A DNA stretch of 64,000 nucleotides from an uncultured Fidelibacterota bacterium (GCA_902525615.1 CABZHT010000002.1:10519-74518); one strand, 5' to 3'; counted from the first letter of the stretch, positions 1-10,364 are shown. The notes: a model not told the origin generated them from the sequence alone. Made by a program: numbers and translations.

Positions 1-2
1 TA

Positions 3-425
3 TTAAGGTGGATTGATAAAACACATTTAGTGAAGCGTTTTAAGACTTGGGAAAATGCTCATGAAGGATATTTTGATATATGTTTAGAGAATTATGAAGA
101 TGATTTTAACAAAGAAATAGAAATATTGAATGAACATAAAGAACAATATTTTATTACGAAGAGTAGTAGGCTAGATCCATCAAATCGATTATTAAAATGG
201 AAACTATTATTTCCAAAGAACATAAACCTACCTTTCTTTATGACATATTTTAATATTGATCCAAAACCAAAAAATTTTATTCATCCAAATGGTATTAAAA
301 GAATAAATAAGGTATCTTATAGCATAGATAATTCTCTAATTCTGATTTTTAAAAAATTGTGTGATGATAAAACAATCCAATTGACAAATCAAAAAGGGGC
401 AATGAATGTTAGTTTTAAAAAATAA
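3..425 (+). CDS. VOC/glyoxalase-like family protein, 5'-truncated by window edge
   Basis: Frame is open from position 3. The motifs SSRLDPSNRLLKWKLLFP, LPFFMTY and HPNGIKRI resemble the C-terminal half of Glyoxalase_3 proteins. Confidence 0.55.
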   Translation, partial: LRWIDKTHLVKRFKTWENAHEGYFDICLENYEDDFNKEIEILNEHKEQYFITKSSRLDPSNRLLKWKLLFPKNINLPFFMTYFNIDPKPKNFIHPNGIKRINKVSYSIDNSLILIFKKLCDDKTIQLTNQKGAMNVSFKK

Positions 426-960
426 ATTTTATATGATCGTATGTTTATTATTCCAAACAATGATTTTTTCTCAAAATGTTGCAATGGTTGATGCATCGAA
501 TGATATTGGAATTGATAAATGGGGAATAGTAAATGATGGTGTTATGGGAGGTATCTCACAGTCCAATATTTATCTTAATGAAGTAAATAATATTATTTTT
601 GCTGGTAATGTTTCTTTGGAAAATAATGGTGGATTTGCATCTATTAGAAGAGGGTTTGATGGAACAGAGCTTAAAGAATCTTCTGCATTTCTACTTCGAG
701 TTAAAGGTGATGGTAATATCTATAAATTCCGCCTGACAATGAAGGGTGGTTATGCAAACTATTCTGCTGATTTTAAAACTACAAAAAATCAATGGATGGA
801 TATTGAAATCCCTGTTGAAAATTTCAAACCCTATTACTTTGGTAGAAGTATTAGAGCACCAAAATTAAAAGTGTATAAAGTAAATTCTATGGGAATTCTT
901 ATTTCTGATAAACAGGAAGGAGATTTTTCATTAGAGATTGAATATATAAAAGCTTTTTAA
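406..960 (+). CDS. CIA30 family protein
   Basis: WGIVNDGVMGGISQS, GNVSLENNGGFAS, LRVKGDG and ILISDKQEGDF are CIA30 signatures; start could be 433. Confidence 0.9.
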   Translation: MLVLKNKFYMIVCLLFQTMIFSQNVAMVDASNDIGIDKWGIVNDGVMGGISQSNIYLNEVNNIIFAGNVSLENNGGFASIRRGFDGTELKESSAFLLRVKGDGNIYKFRLTMKGGYANYSADFKTTKNQWMDIEIPVENFKPYYFGRSIRAPKLKVYKVNSMGILISDKQEGDFSLEIEYIKAF

Positions 961-972
961 TTAAATTTTTTG

Positions 973-2172
973 ATGGGGAAACTTCTTTACAGATTTATAA
1001 TTCTTATTTTTATTTCTTTAATGCTATCTTGTTCTGGAGGTAGCTCTACTCAGTCCGTTGAAGATGTTGGTGAAGAGACACCTAGTGAAAATACCGGGGG
1101 AGGATCGGGTGGAATCGTAGCTGAGCCTGTTGCTAGTTTTACAATTTCATCTTCAGGAGGAGAAGCTCCTCATGATGTGACATTTACAAGCACATCTACT
1201 GGAGAAATCAACTCTTGGTTATGGAATGTTGATGATGATAGCGATTTTGAGAGCAATTATTTCTCTTTTACCCATACATATGAAACTGCAGGCAGCTTTG
1301 ATATATCGCTAACTGTTACTGGTCCTGGAGGACAGAACATTTTTACAGATTATAATGCTGTCACTATTACAGAATCATCAACATCCACTCAAACTGGATT
1401 GTTAAGTAAGGATATGCAATATGACAATGAAACTAGAGAATACTTAATTTATATTCCTGAAAATTATGATAGTAACTCCTCCGTACCCATTTTATTTGCT
1501 TTTCATGGATTTGGTGGTTATTCACAATATTTTATCAATACGGCAGACTTTAGAGACTTAGCTGATCAATTCAACTTTATTGCAGTTTATCCTCAAGGGC
1601 TTGTTTGTCAAGATGGAACGACTTGGAATACTAACCCACCTGGAGGAGATAATAAATGTAGTCAAGATGACATTGGATTTTTTGCTGCATTATTAAATCA
1701 AATTTCAGTGGATTATAATATTGATTCTTATAAAGTATACTTGACTGGATTTTCAAATGGTGCAGACTTCACATATTCTATGGCATGTTATCAAAGCGAT
1801 CTTGTAACAGCTATTGCCCCAGTGTCAGGTTTAATGCCAATGGATAATTCTAATGAATGTAACCCAAATCATGCTACTTCTTTAATGATTTTCAATGGTA
1901 CAAATGATGATTCAAGGCCTTATAGCGGTATTGCTGGATATATGATGTCAGTTGATCAAACAGTATCATATTGGTCAAACTATAATAATACTGACTCATC
2001 GCCTCAAACTAATATTGTGGGAAACATTGAAAACTATTCTTACTTGAATGGAAACAATAGCACCACGGTTGAACTCTTCAAGATAATTAATGGATATCAT
2101 ACCTGGTTTAATTTATCTTTTAATGGAAATTCTATAGAGCAATTAATATGGAATTTCTTTTCACAGAATTGA
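973..2172 (+). CDS. Lipoprotein with PKD domain and LpqC/PHB-depolymerase-like serine esterase
   Basis: Lipobox MLSC, PKD domain (PVASFT...THTYETAG...LTVTGPGG), AFHGFGG, VYPQG, nucleophile GFSNG, and Asp/His (GTNDD, GYHTW). Confidence 0.85.
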   Translation: MGKLLYRFIILIFISLMLSCSGGSSTQSVEDVGEETPSENTGGGSGGIVAEPVASFTISSSGGEAPHDVTFTSTSTGEINSWLWNVDDDSDFESNYFSFTHTYETAGSFDISLTVTGPGGQNIFTDYNAVTITESSTSTQTGLLSKDMQYDNETREYLIYIPENYDSNSSVPILFAFHGFGGYSQYFINTADFRDLADQFNFIAVYPQGLVCQDGTTWNTNPPGGDNKCSQDDIGFFAALLNQISVDYNIDSYKVYLTGFSNGADFTYSMACYQSDLVTAIAPVSGLMPMDNSNECNPNHATSLMIFNGTNDDSRPYSGIAGYMMSVDQTVSYWSNYNNTDSSPQTNIVGNIENYSYLNGNNSTTVELFKIINGYHTWFNLSFNGNSIEQLIWNFFSQN

Positions 2173-2237
2173 TATATGAAGATTTTTAAACAAAATTTAA
2201 ATAATTATACATTTTTATTATTAAAATTATATATAAA

Positions 2238-2834
2238 ATGAAAAAATCATACATAGCTATTTTTACATTACTCTTAATACATTGCTCTGATAGTACTACT
2301 GGTCCATCAAATACTCAACTACCATTAATTGAAGACTATCAGTTAGAGGTAGCTGAAGATAGTCAATTAGCCTCATCATTTCCCAAAACAAATAATTCAT
2401 CTCGAGGATTAACTTATAATATTGATTCTGAGCCTACAAATGGACAATTAAATATTAGTGCAGGAAATTTTACATATATACCAAATTTAAATTTTTTTGG
2501 AATTGACTCTTTTACATATTCAATTTCTAATAATGATGAGTCTACTGATTCTGGCACAGTTACTATAAATGTACTTCCTGTTAATGATGCACCAACTGTT
2601 GAAAATGTAGATTTTTTTATTACATCAGGAGATAATTTATTAATTCTTACCGGTAATGATATTGATAACGACAATTTATATTTTACTATTGTTCGTTTTC
2701 CAACATCAGGTTCGTTAGATCTTGATATTAATCAAGTAACATATAATGGCCCTGCAGGTACTTTTTTCGATTATGTAGCCAACGATGGAACAGTTGACAG
2801 CAATAAAGGAAGAGTATCTATTATTTCTCAATAG
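2238..2834 (+). CDS. Ig-like (Big_9/cadherin-like) domain lipoprotein
   Basis: Lipobox LIHC; FTYIPNLNFFGIDSFTY, VLPVNDAP and FDYVANDG repeats. Confidence 0.8.
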   Translation: MKKSYIAIFTLLLIHCSDSTTGPSNTQLPLIEDYQLEVAEDSQLASSFPKTNNSSRGLTYNIDSEPTNGQLNISAGNFTYIPNLNFFGIDSFTYSISNNDESTDSGTVTINVLPVNDAPTVENVDFFITSGDNLLILTGNDIDNDNLYFTIVRFPTSGSLDLDINQVTYNGPAGTFFDYVANDGTVDSNKGRVSIISQ

Positions 2835-2849
2835 TTTTTCAAAGATTAT

Positions 2850-3794
2850 ATGGAAAAAACTGCTATAGTTGCTTTAGGGGGGAATGCTCTTTCAAATAAG
2901 AGTCAAGCTGGTACTGTCAAAGATCAGTTCAGTAATACACGTAAATCTCTAACTGAAATTGTAAAGTTTTTAAAAGAGGATTATAACATCTGCATTACTC
3001 ATGGAAATGGTCCGCAGGTTGGCGATGAATTGCTAAGAATGGATTTAACACAAAATGAAGTTTCTCCATTGCCACTAGGAGTTTGTGTAGCTGGTACTCA
3101 GGGGACTATCGGTTATATGATTCAACAAACCTTCCAGAATATATTAAACCAAGAAAAAATTGATAAGGAAGTTGTAACATTAGTCACGCAAGTAGTTGTG
3201 GATCCAAAACACCCTTCCTTGAAAAATCCAGAAAAATTTGTTGGAAAGCGTTTTTCAAAACAAGAAGCAGAAAAAAGAGCAAAAAATATGGGATGGATTG
3301 TGAAAGAACAAGATCCTGGAGAATGGAGAAGGGTAGTACCATCTCCGGATCCGGATTTTGTGATGCATGGTATAAGTATTAGAACACTAGTGCATGCTGG
3401 AATTGTTGTGCTTGCTGCTGGAGGTGGAGGTATTCCGGTTTTTGTTGATGAAAATGGAAATTTTAATGGTATCGATGCTGTTATCGATAAAGATTTAACA
3501 GCTGCAAAGCTTGGAAGAGTCATTCGAGCTGATGAATACTACATTGTTACAGATATTGATCAAGTATATTTACATTATGGAACTGAAAATCAATCTCCAA
3601 TCGATCAAATGACAGATGTAGAAGCAAAAAAATACCAAGAGGAAGGTCATTTTCAACAAGGAAGTATGTGGCCAAAAATTCGTTCAGCTATTCACTTCTT
3701 AAAACATCATGGTAAAAAAGTAATTATTACCAATATTGATAATTTGCAGGATGCAATTGATGGAAAAGCTGGATCAACTATAGTAAAAGAATAA
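2850..3794 (+). CDS. arcC: Carbamate kinase
   Basis: VALGGNAL, THGNGPQVG, WRRVVPSP, GGGGIPV, AVIDKD and GSMWPK. Confidence 0.95.
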   Translation: MEKTAIVALGGNALSNKSQAGTVKDQFSNTRKSLTEIVKFLKEDYNICITHGNGPQVGDELLRMDLTQNEVSPLPLGVCVAGTQGTIGYMIQQTFQNILNQEKIDKEVVTLVTQVVVDPKHPSLKNPEKFVGKRFSKQEAEKRAKNMGWIVKEQDPGEWRRVVPSPDPDFVMHGISIRTLVHAGIVVLAAGGGGIPVFVDENGNFNGIDAVIDKDLTAAKLGRVIRADEYYIVTDIDQVYLHYGTENQSPIDQMTDVEAKKYQEEGHFQQGSMWPKIRSAIHFLKHHGKKVIITNIDNLQDAIDGKAGSTIVKE

Positions 3795-4345
3795 TGGATT
3801 TATTTTCTGCTAACCAATTGATGTGGGCAGCTTTCATTGTTGGAAATAGTGCACCATTATTATTCATTACATTATATAAAACACAAAAAATATCAAGAGA
3901 ACTTTTCAACCTATATTTTCTGGGTGTCTTTGTAGGTCTAACCTGGGAAATTCCTTTTGCCTTAGCAGGAAAATCATTTCATTTAATTTTAATCGATTGG
4001 CCAATAGATCTTCCATTAGTTAGAAATATTACTTATTCATTTATTGATGGATTGATATTTCTGGCTGGAGTCTATTTAGCAAAAGTTTTTTTAAAAAATA
4101 AACAATTTCTTTACAACTATAATTCAACTGCATTATTTATAATGATTCTTTGGGGAAGTTTTTCTGAATTTTTAGTTGACCTAAATGGAAATGGAAAACT
4201 TTGGCTGTTTATTGAAAATTGGTATAACCCAGTATTCATAACAATAAATGACAATGGCTTAACAATTATTCCACAACTTATTTGGTTTGTAGCTCCAATT
4301 CTATATTATTTTACTGTTTTGAAATGTCTATCAAAGAAAATATAA
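3794..4345 (+). CDS. Hypothetical integral membrane protein
   Basis: 183 aa with about 5 hydrophobic segments; overlaps the arcC stop by 1 nt. Confidence 0.7.
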   Translation: MDLFSANQLMWAAFIVGNSAPLLFITLYKTQKISRELFNLYFLGVFVGLTWEIPFALAGKSFHLILIDWPIDLPLVRNITYSFIDGLIFLAGVYLAKVFLKNKQFLYNYNSTALFIMILWGSFSEFLVDLNGNGKLWLFIENWYNPVFITINDNGLTIIPQLIWFVAPILYYFTVLKCLSKKI

Positions 4346-4881
4346 GAAAAAAAAAACGATATGAAAGATCACTTCTTTCTGATGCACATCTAGCTAGATT
4401 ATCTAATAATTTTTTAACCCAATGGATGAAATTTTCGAAAGAATTATCTTATCAATCAATAGCAATATATTATCCATTTGATAATGAAGCCTCTCCGCTT
4501 GAAATATTCAACTATCTTTATTCAAAAAATAAGGAAGTATTACTACCCGTAATTGAAAATAATTCAAAAACATTGTTATTTGCTAAGTATGATATTAAAT
4601 CTGAGCTTGTGAAAAATAATTTTGGAATTGTTGAACCAAAAGATAAAGAGTTTGTAGATATTGAAAACATAGATATTGCATTGATACCTTGTGTTGCTTT
4701 TAATGACAAATTATTTCGCTTAGGAATGGGTGGTGGTTTTTATGATAGGACATTTTCTGAAAAATCATCAACTATTTTAATTGGTATGGCATATAGTTTC
4801 CAATATGAAAATGAGTCATTTCAAGAAAAACATGATGTAAAGATGGACTATGTCATTACCCAAAAAGGTATACTAAAGTAA
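4324..4881 (+). CDS. ygfA: 5-formyltetrahydrofolate cyclo-ligase
   Basis: FGIVEP, IPCVAF, RLGMGGGFYDR and HDVKMDYVIT; ATG at 4324 preferred. Confidence 0.92.
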   Translation: MSIKENIRKKKRYERSLLSDAHLARLSNNFLTQWMKFSKELSYQSIAIYYPFDNEASPLEIFNYLYSKNKEVLLPVIENNSKTLLFAKYDIKSELVKNNFGIVEPKDKEFVDIENIDIALIPCVAFNDKLFRLGMGGGFYDRTFSEKSSTILIGMAYSFQYENESFQEKHDVKMDYVITQKGILK

Positions 4882-5595
4882 TTAAATTGGCTTTGAAGCT
4901 TGGTAGATATTTACGATACCTAATGATAAATATTTTATTTTAATATCTTCAAAACCAGCTTTCTCTAAAATTAATTGAAATTCTTTTCCATGTGGAAAAT
5001 GTTCTGCTGAAGTTGAAAGATATTGGTAAGCCTTTTGATTTTTTGCGATCGTTCTTCCCAAAATAGGAACAACAAATTTTGTATATAAAAAATAACCAAA
5101 TCGAAATAGAAAAAAGGAAGGTACAGCAGTTTCAAGTATAATTAAATTCTTTCCGGGTTTTAAAACACGTTTAATTTCATGTAATCCCTGATTCAAATCT
5201 TCAAAATTTCTAACTCCAAAACCTACTGTTGCAGTATCAAAGGTATTATCTTCAAAACTCATATTTTCTGCATCCTCTAATTGGAATTTGACATTCGGCG
5301 CTTTTGCTACTTTAGTATTTGCTATGTCTAACATCATTGATGCGTTATCTACTCCAATAACTTCAACATCATCATCTGCGAAACACAGTGCTATATCTCC
5401 AGTTCCTGTTGCTATATCTATTATTTTGTTTGGATTATCTTGCATAGAAAGATTATATACTATTTTTCTCCAATTCTTATCCATATTCAATGTCATCATT
5501 TTGTTGATTTGATCATATCTAGATGATATATCATTAAACATGTCTTTTATTTGAATTTTTTTGGAATCTTGTTTTGATTTATCGGGTTTAATCAT
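4882..5595 (-). CDS. ubiE: Demethylmenaquinone/ubiquinone C-methyltransferase (UbiE/MenG)
   Basis: MFNDISSRYDQIN, DIATGTGD, GFGVRN, RVLKPG and AYQYL. Confidence 0.93.
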   Translation of the reverse strand: MIKPDKSKQDSKKIQIKDMFNDISSRYDQINKMMTLNMDKNWRKIVYNLSMQDNPNKIIDIATGTGDIALCFADDDVEVIGVDNASMMLDIANTKVAKAPNVKFQLEDAENMSFEDNTFDTATVGFGVRNFEDLNQGLHEIKRVLKPGKNLIILETAVPSFFLFRFGYFLYTKFVVPILGRTIAKNQKAYQYLSTSAEHFPHGKEFQLILEKAGFEDIKIKYLSLGIVNIYQASKPI

Positions 5596-5605
5596 TTGAA
5601 AAGAT

Positions 5606-5640
5606 AAAAAAAAGGGCTAGTAAATCACTAGCCCTTTTTT
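5606..5640. terminator. Rho-independent terminator (symmetrical A/T tails)
   Basis: AAAAAAAA-GGGCTAGT-aaatc-ACTAGCCC-TTTTTT, just downstream of the minus-strand gene ending at 5660. Confidence 0.85.
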
Positions 5641-5659
5641 ATTTTATTCTTAGTACAAC

Positions 5660-6493
5660 CTATTTATTTGCACCTATCCAATTATTAAATAATCCAATGT
5701 CTTCGTGTCTTCCTGGTGCCCAATATTTAGCATATGCCGCACCCTCTTCATCAGAAAATGCTTTTTGGAATAAAGCAGGATTATCCTCGCCTGCAAAATC
5801 TGCATCTTCCATTGAATTATATTCTGAAATTGTTATGACGGGGGAATATCCATCAACAACTTTTCCAGACCATAAGTGTGTTAACACTTTTTGGCTTACA
5901 ATTCTTGGATTTTTGCTAATAACTTCTTTTTGAAATTTCTTTAGAAGCTTGTAGCGCTCTTCAATCGAGCCATTTTCTACCATACCCATAGGCTTAAAGT
6001 AAGCAACGCTGACTGTTACAACAGTTGATTCTCCAACTCCGCCAGTACGTTTCTTTTCTAAAGCAGTATGATTTTCAAAAATATGAAGATCCTCATGATA
6101 GTTTTCAAAATATTTTGCTTGAGCACTCCATGCAGCTCTTCTTTCTTCCTCATTTGGGAAAGCAATTTGTCTTATTTTTGCAGCTGTTCTGATAGCTTCA
6201 GTTGCATCTTCTACACTAGCATATTCATTTAAAATATGAACATCTTCTTGAGCACCGGTCCAATAATGATATAAGAACATACTACTCTTAAGCATTTTGT
6301 TTGCTTGATTGGTTCTTGAATACCATGTATTCACAGCTTGATTTCTGTCTGCTGCAGATCCATCTTCAACTTCAGACATATTTGTCCATTTGTATTTACT
6401 CCACATTAGCACAGAATTATCTGTGCCATTCGAATTATATTGTGCGAAAGTAAAAGAAGATAGGATTGCGACTAATGTTAATAGTTTTTTCAT
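5660..6493 (-). CDS. Secreted hypothetical protein with internal tandem domain duplication
   Basis: GGAG RBS and signal peptide MKKLLTLVAILSSFTFA; the two halves share HYWTG/HLWSG, EYASVEDA/EYNSMEDA and HEDLHIF/HEDIGLF. Confidence 0.8.
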   Translation of the reverse strand: MKKLLTLVAILSSFTFAQYNSNGTDNSVLMWSKYKWTNMSEVEDGSAADRNQAVNTWYSRTNQANKMLKSSMFLYHYWTGAQEDVHILNEYASVEDATEAIRTAAKIRQIAFPNEEERRAAWSAQAKYFENYHEDLHIFENHTALEKKRTGGVGESTVVTVSVAYFKPMGMVENGSIEERYKLLKKFQKEVISKNPRIVSQKVLTHLWSGKVVDGYSPVITISEYNSMEDADFAGEDNPALFQKAFSDEEGAAYAKYWAPGRHEDIGLFNNWIGANK

Positions 6494-6577
6494 TTTATAC
6501 TCCATTAATTATTAAAGATAATTTATATTAGCGATTCTTTATTTGAATTGTGTTAGTTTTTTTTGTTATTTTATTTT

Positions 6578-7225
6578 ATGTCCAAGCTCCCAAATCAATT
6601 TTTTTATTCCAAAAAAGAAGACAGATTAAATGTTTTATCACATGGTATCGGATTCATTTTAAGTATCGTAGGATTAATCTTTTTATTAAAAAAAGGTCTA
6701 CAAGATTTTGATATAACACGTTTTTCAAGTTTTCTTATCTATGGTTTAAGCCTATCCATAATGTATATTGCTTCAACATTGTACCATAATTCAAAAACTC
6801 CGAAAAGCCGATATGGATTTAGACTTTTTGATATGATATCCATCTACTTATTAATTGCAGGTTCTTATACTCCATTTACTTTAACTGTTTTAATTGATAA
6901 TGGAGGTTTAACACTTTTTATTTTGGTGTGGTTAATAGCTATTTCTGGTATAATTTGGAAAATATTTACTGTTGGAAAATATAATCTTGTCTCTACAATT
7001 TTATATATGTTTATGGGCGGTCTTTGGTTATTTTTCCTTGATGCGTTTATAAGTGAAATACCTCCAAATGCATTATCATGGATTTATGCATCATGTTTGA
7101 CTTATCTTATCGGTGTCTTTTTTTATCTTGCAGATTCCAAGGTAAAATACAACCATTTTATTTGGCATATTTTTGTTATGCTTGCTAGTGCTTTTCATTA
7201 TATCTCCATTTACTTTTATATTTAA
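6578..7225 (+). CDS. Hemolysin III/PAQR family membrane protein
   Basis: NVLSHGIG, STLYH, DMISIYLLIAGSYTPF and HFIWHIFV. Confidence 0.92.
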   Translation: MSKLPNQFFYSKKEDRLNVLSHGIGFILSIVGLIFLLKKGLQDFDITRFSSFLIYGLSLSIMYIASTLYHNSKTPKSRYGFRLFDMISIYLLIAGSYTPFTLTVLIDNGGLTLFILVWLIAISGIIWKIFTVGKYNLVSTILYMFMGGLWLFFLDAFISEIPPNALSWIYASCLTYLIGVFFYLADSKVKYNHFIWHIFVMLASAFHYISIYFYI

Positions 7226-7243
7226 CCTTCCTATCTTGATTAA

Positions 7244-9169
7244 GTGAAAAAATATTCTGTTCCAAAATATTTCCAATCGTCTGTTGGACATAATAGTCTT
7301 GATCACTATCAATCTTTAAGAGAAAACGCAAAGCAAGATTCAAATTCTTATTGGGAGTCAGTTGCAAATCGCATTGACTGGTTCGATAAGTGGACCACTG
7401 TCAATAATACAGATTATTCTAAAGCGCATATTGAGTGGTTTTCAAATGGAAAGTTAAATGCATCTTATAATTGCATAGACAGACATATTGAAAATGGCTT
7501 AGGAGAAAAAATAGCTCTTATTTGGCAATCTAACGATCCTACTATTTCAAAAAATGTCACGTATAATGAATTACTTGAAAAAGTTTCATTATTTGCTAAT
7601 GGATTAAAACGAGCTGGAATTAAAAAAGGTGATCGTGTATGCATTTATATGCAAATGATTCCTGAAGCTATTGTAGCAATGCTTGCTTGTGCTAGAATTG
7701 GAGCAGTGCATTCAGTTGTATTTGGAGCATTTTCAAGCGACGCTTTAAAAAATAGAATTAATGATTCAGAATGTAAGTTACTTATTACGCAAGATAATGG
7801 AGTGCGTGGATTAAAGTTTGATATCCCTATGAAAGAAAATGCAGATAAAATTGCAGATGACTGTCGCTCATTAAAAACAATAGTAATGGTTGAACGTTCA
7901 GGTAATGATATGTTCATGAAAGAAGGTAGAGATATAACCTGGAATCAATTTGTAGATGGCTGTTCTAGTGAATGTCCCGCTGAAGTGATGGACGCAGAAG
8001 ACCCATTATTTATTTTATATACTTCTGGATCAACCGGAAAACCAAAAGGGGTAATGCATACAACAGGAGGATATCTTGTATATGCTTCACATACCCATGA
8101 ATTAGTATTTGATTATCATCAAGATGATGTATACTGGTGCACTGCTGATATTGGATGGATTACAGGTCATTCTTATATCGTATATGGACCATTATCGAAT
8201 GCAGTAACTCAGGTGATATTTGAAGGAGTTCCAAATTACCCAGACTTTGGAAGATTTTGGCAAATTGTTGAACAGCATAAAGTAAATGTGTTTTACACAG
8301 CTCCAACCGCATTGCGTGCATTAATGAAAGAAGGGGATGATTGGGTAACAAAATATGATTTATCTAGCTTAAAAGTTTTAGGTACAGTTGGTGAGCCAAT
8401 AAAATCACCAGAATGGCATTGGTATTTTAATGTTATTGGAAATGAACAATGTCCTATAGTTGATACATGGTGGCAAACCGAAACAGGAGGAATTTTAATG
8501 TCTCCTATTCCTGGATGTGTGCCAACAAAACCTGGATCAGCCACATTACCATTACCAGGTATTATTCCAGCAATTTTAGATGAAGAAGGAAACGAAATAA
8601 CAGAAAGAAATACTACTGGCTTTTTAGTAATGACTCAATCGTGGCCTGGACAAATGAGAACAGTGTATGGTGATCATCAACGATTCATCGATACGTATTT
8701 TTCGCAAGCACCAGGAAATTATTTTACAGGCGATGGTGCTTATATAGATAATGATGGATATTTTTGGATTACCGGAAGAGTAGATGACGTATTAAATGTT
8801 TCTGGACATAGAATTGGTACAGCTGAAGTAGAAGGAGCTATTGGTGCTGCAAGTGGTGTGGCAGAAGCTGCAGTCATTGGATATAACCATGAAATTAAAG
8901 GAGAGGGTATTTATGCATTTGTCACATTAATGACAGGAGTAGAATCATCAGAAGAAATAAAAAAAAATATTTTAGATACCGTTACCAAAATTATTGGCCC
9001 ACATGCAAAGCCGAGTGTTATTCAGTTTTGTTCAGGACTTCCCAAAACACGTTCTGGAAAAATTATGAGAAGAATTCTAAAGAAAATTGCCCAAAATGAA
9101 ACGGATGACTTGGGTGACACTTCAACACTAGCAGATCCAAGCGTTATAGATAGTTTATTACAAAAATAA
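7244..9169 (+). CDS. acs: Acetyl-CoA synthetase
   Basis: YTSGSTGKPKG, WCTADIGWITGH, DTWWQTETG, GRVDDVLNVSGHR and PKTRSGKIMRR. Confidence 0.97.
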   Translation: MKKYSVPKYFQSSVGHNSLDHYQSLRENAKQDSNSYWESVANRIDWFDKWTTVNNTDYSKAHIEWFSNGKLNASYNCIDRHIENGLGEKIALIWQSNDPTISKNVTYNELLEKVSLFANGLKRAGIKKGDRVCIYMQMIPEAIVAMLACARIGAVHSVVFGAFSSDALKNRINDSECKLLITQDNGVRGLKFDIPMKENADKIADDCRSLKTIVMVERSGNDMFMKEGRDITWNQFVDGCSSECPAEVMDAEDPLFILYTSGSTGKPKGVMHTTGGYLVYASHTHELVFDYHQDDVYWCTADIGWITGHSYIVYGPLSNAVTQVIFEGVPNYPDFGRFWQIVEQHKVNVFYTAPTALRALMKEGDDWVTKYDLSSLKVLGTVGEPIKSPEWHWYFNVIGNEQCPIVDTWWQTETGGILMSPIPGCVPTKPGSATLPLPGIIPAILDEEGNEITERNTTGFLVMTQSWPGQMRTVYGDHQRFIDTYFSQAPGNYFTGDGAYIDNDGYFWITGRVDDVLNVSGHRIGTAEVEGAIGAASGVAEAAVIGYNHEIKGEGIYAFVTLMTGVESSEEIKKNILDTVTKIIGPHAKPSVIQFCSGLPKTRSGKIMRRILKKIAQNETDDLGDTSTLADPSVIDSLLQK

Positions 9170-9171
9170 GT

Positions 9172-9420
9172 TTATTTTTGATCTGAAGATTTAAATCTTG
9201 TTGAATGAGAAGTAGAGCTATGCTTTGTTTTTCTTCCTTTAACTCTTTTTCTCCAAAGTTCGAAAGAGCTTCTTTTAAGATGTGTTCTCATAATTTTTCG
9301 AACGCCATTTTCTTTTAATCCAAATTGATATTCAATGGCTTCAAAGGGAGTGCGATCTTCCCATGCCATTTCGATAATTCTATCAATATCTTGAGGTTTA
9401 ATATCCAAATCCACCACCAT
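9172..9420 (-). CDS. TIGR03643/DUF2805 family protein
   Basis: IDRIIEMAWEDRTPFEAIEYQFGL...SFELWRKRV signature; start uncertain. Confidence 0.85.
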   Translation of the reverse strand: MVVDLDIKPQDIDRIIEMAWEDRTPFEAIEYQFGLKENGVRKIMRTHLKRSSFELWRKRVKGRKTKHSSTSHSTRFKSSDQK

Positions 9421-10234
9421 GACACATTAATATCTGTCCAGTGACATAGTTGGATTCAGGAATACAGAACATATAGATTGCTCCAGCAGCTTCTTGAGGA
9501 GTTCCAGGTCTACCTAAAGGAATCATAGTCTTAGCTGATTTAAATACAGCAGAATTCACACCAACTTTGATTTTATTTCCTTCAATATCAATAAGCGATT
9601 CTTCTTTTTCAGCATCTGCATCAGTTAAGCGAGTTTTAATGAGTCCAAATCCTACAGCGTTGACATTAACGTTGTATCGACCCCATTCTTTTGCCATAGT
9701 TTTAGCCATTCCTACAACTCCAGCTTTTGCTGTAGCATAATTTATTTGTCCAGCATTTCCAAACATACCAGAGGTAGAAGAGATATTTACCACTTTTCTA
9801 AAATTAGTAACTCCATTTTCTTTTTCTTCTAAAAACAGTCTTTTAATGTGTGGTTGTGCAGCTCTAAGAATTTTAAATGGAGCAGTAAGGTGACATTCTA
9901 AAATTGCATCCCATTGTTTATCATCCATTTTTTGAATGACGTTATCCCAGGTGTATCCAGCATTATTAATAATGATGTCTATTCCACCAAATGACTCTAA
10001 AGCAGTATTAATAAATCGCTCTGCGAAGTCATCATCAGTAACGCTTCCATTACAAGCAACTGCTTTTCCACCCATATCCATGATATCAGATACAGTTTGA
10101 TTGGCAGGATCTGCATCTAAATCATTTACAACAATTTGAGCACCATCTTTTGCTAACATTAAAGCTAACTCTCTTCCAATTCCTCTTCCAGAACCGGTAA
10201 TTAGTGCTACTTTACCTTCTAATTTTTTTTTCAT
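9398..10234 (-). CDS. SDR oxidoreductase, 3-oxoacyl-ACP/CoA reductase-like
   Basis: TGSGRGIG, NNAG, GNAGQINYATAK. Confidence 0.9.
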   Translation of the reverse strand: MKKKLEGKVALITGSGRGIGRELALMLAKDGAQIVVNDLDADPANQTVSDIMDMGGKAVACNGSVTDDDFAERFINTALESFGGIDIIINNAGYTWDNVIQKMDDKQWDAILECHLTAPFKILRAAQPHIKRLFLEEKENGVTNFRKVVNISSTSGMFGNAGQINYATAKAGVVGMAKTMAKEWGRYNVNVNAVGFGLIKTRLTDADAEKEESLIDIEGNKIKVGVNSAVFKSAKTMIPLGRPGTPQEAAGAIYMFCIPESNYVTGQILMCHGGGFGY

Positions 10235-10308
10235 ATAGTTTCCTTTTTAGTAATCAATTTTACTATTTTTTTTAATTTTTTGCTCTATTAGTTTTTAAAG
10301 GTAGTACA

Positions 10309-10339
10309 TTGACATTTATATAAGTAAAGTGTACTTTAC
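10309..10339 (+). promoter_or_regulatory. Sigma70-like promoter with overlapping palindromic operator
   Basis: TTGACA (10309)-17 bp-TACTTT (10332); inverted repeat GTAAAGT-GT-ACTTTAC at 10324-10339. Confidence 0.65.
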
Positions 10340-10364
10340 ACCTTAACAATTTTATGGGGAAATA

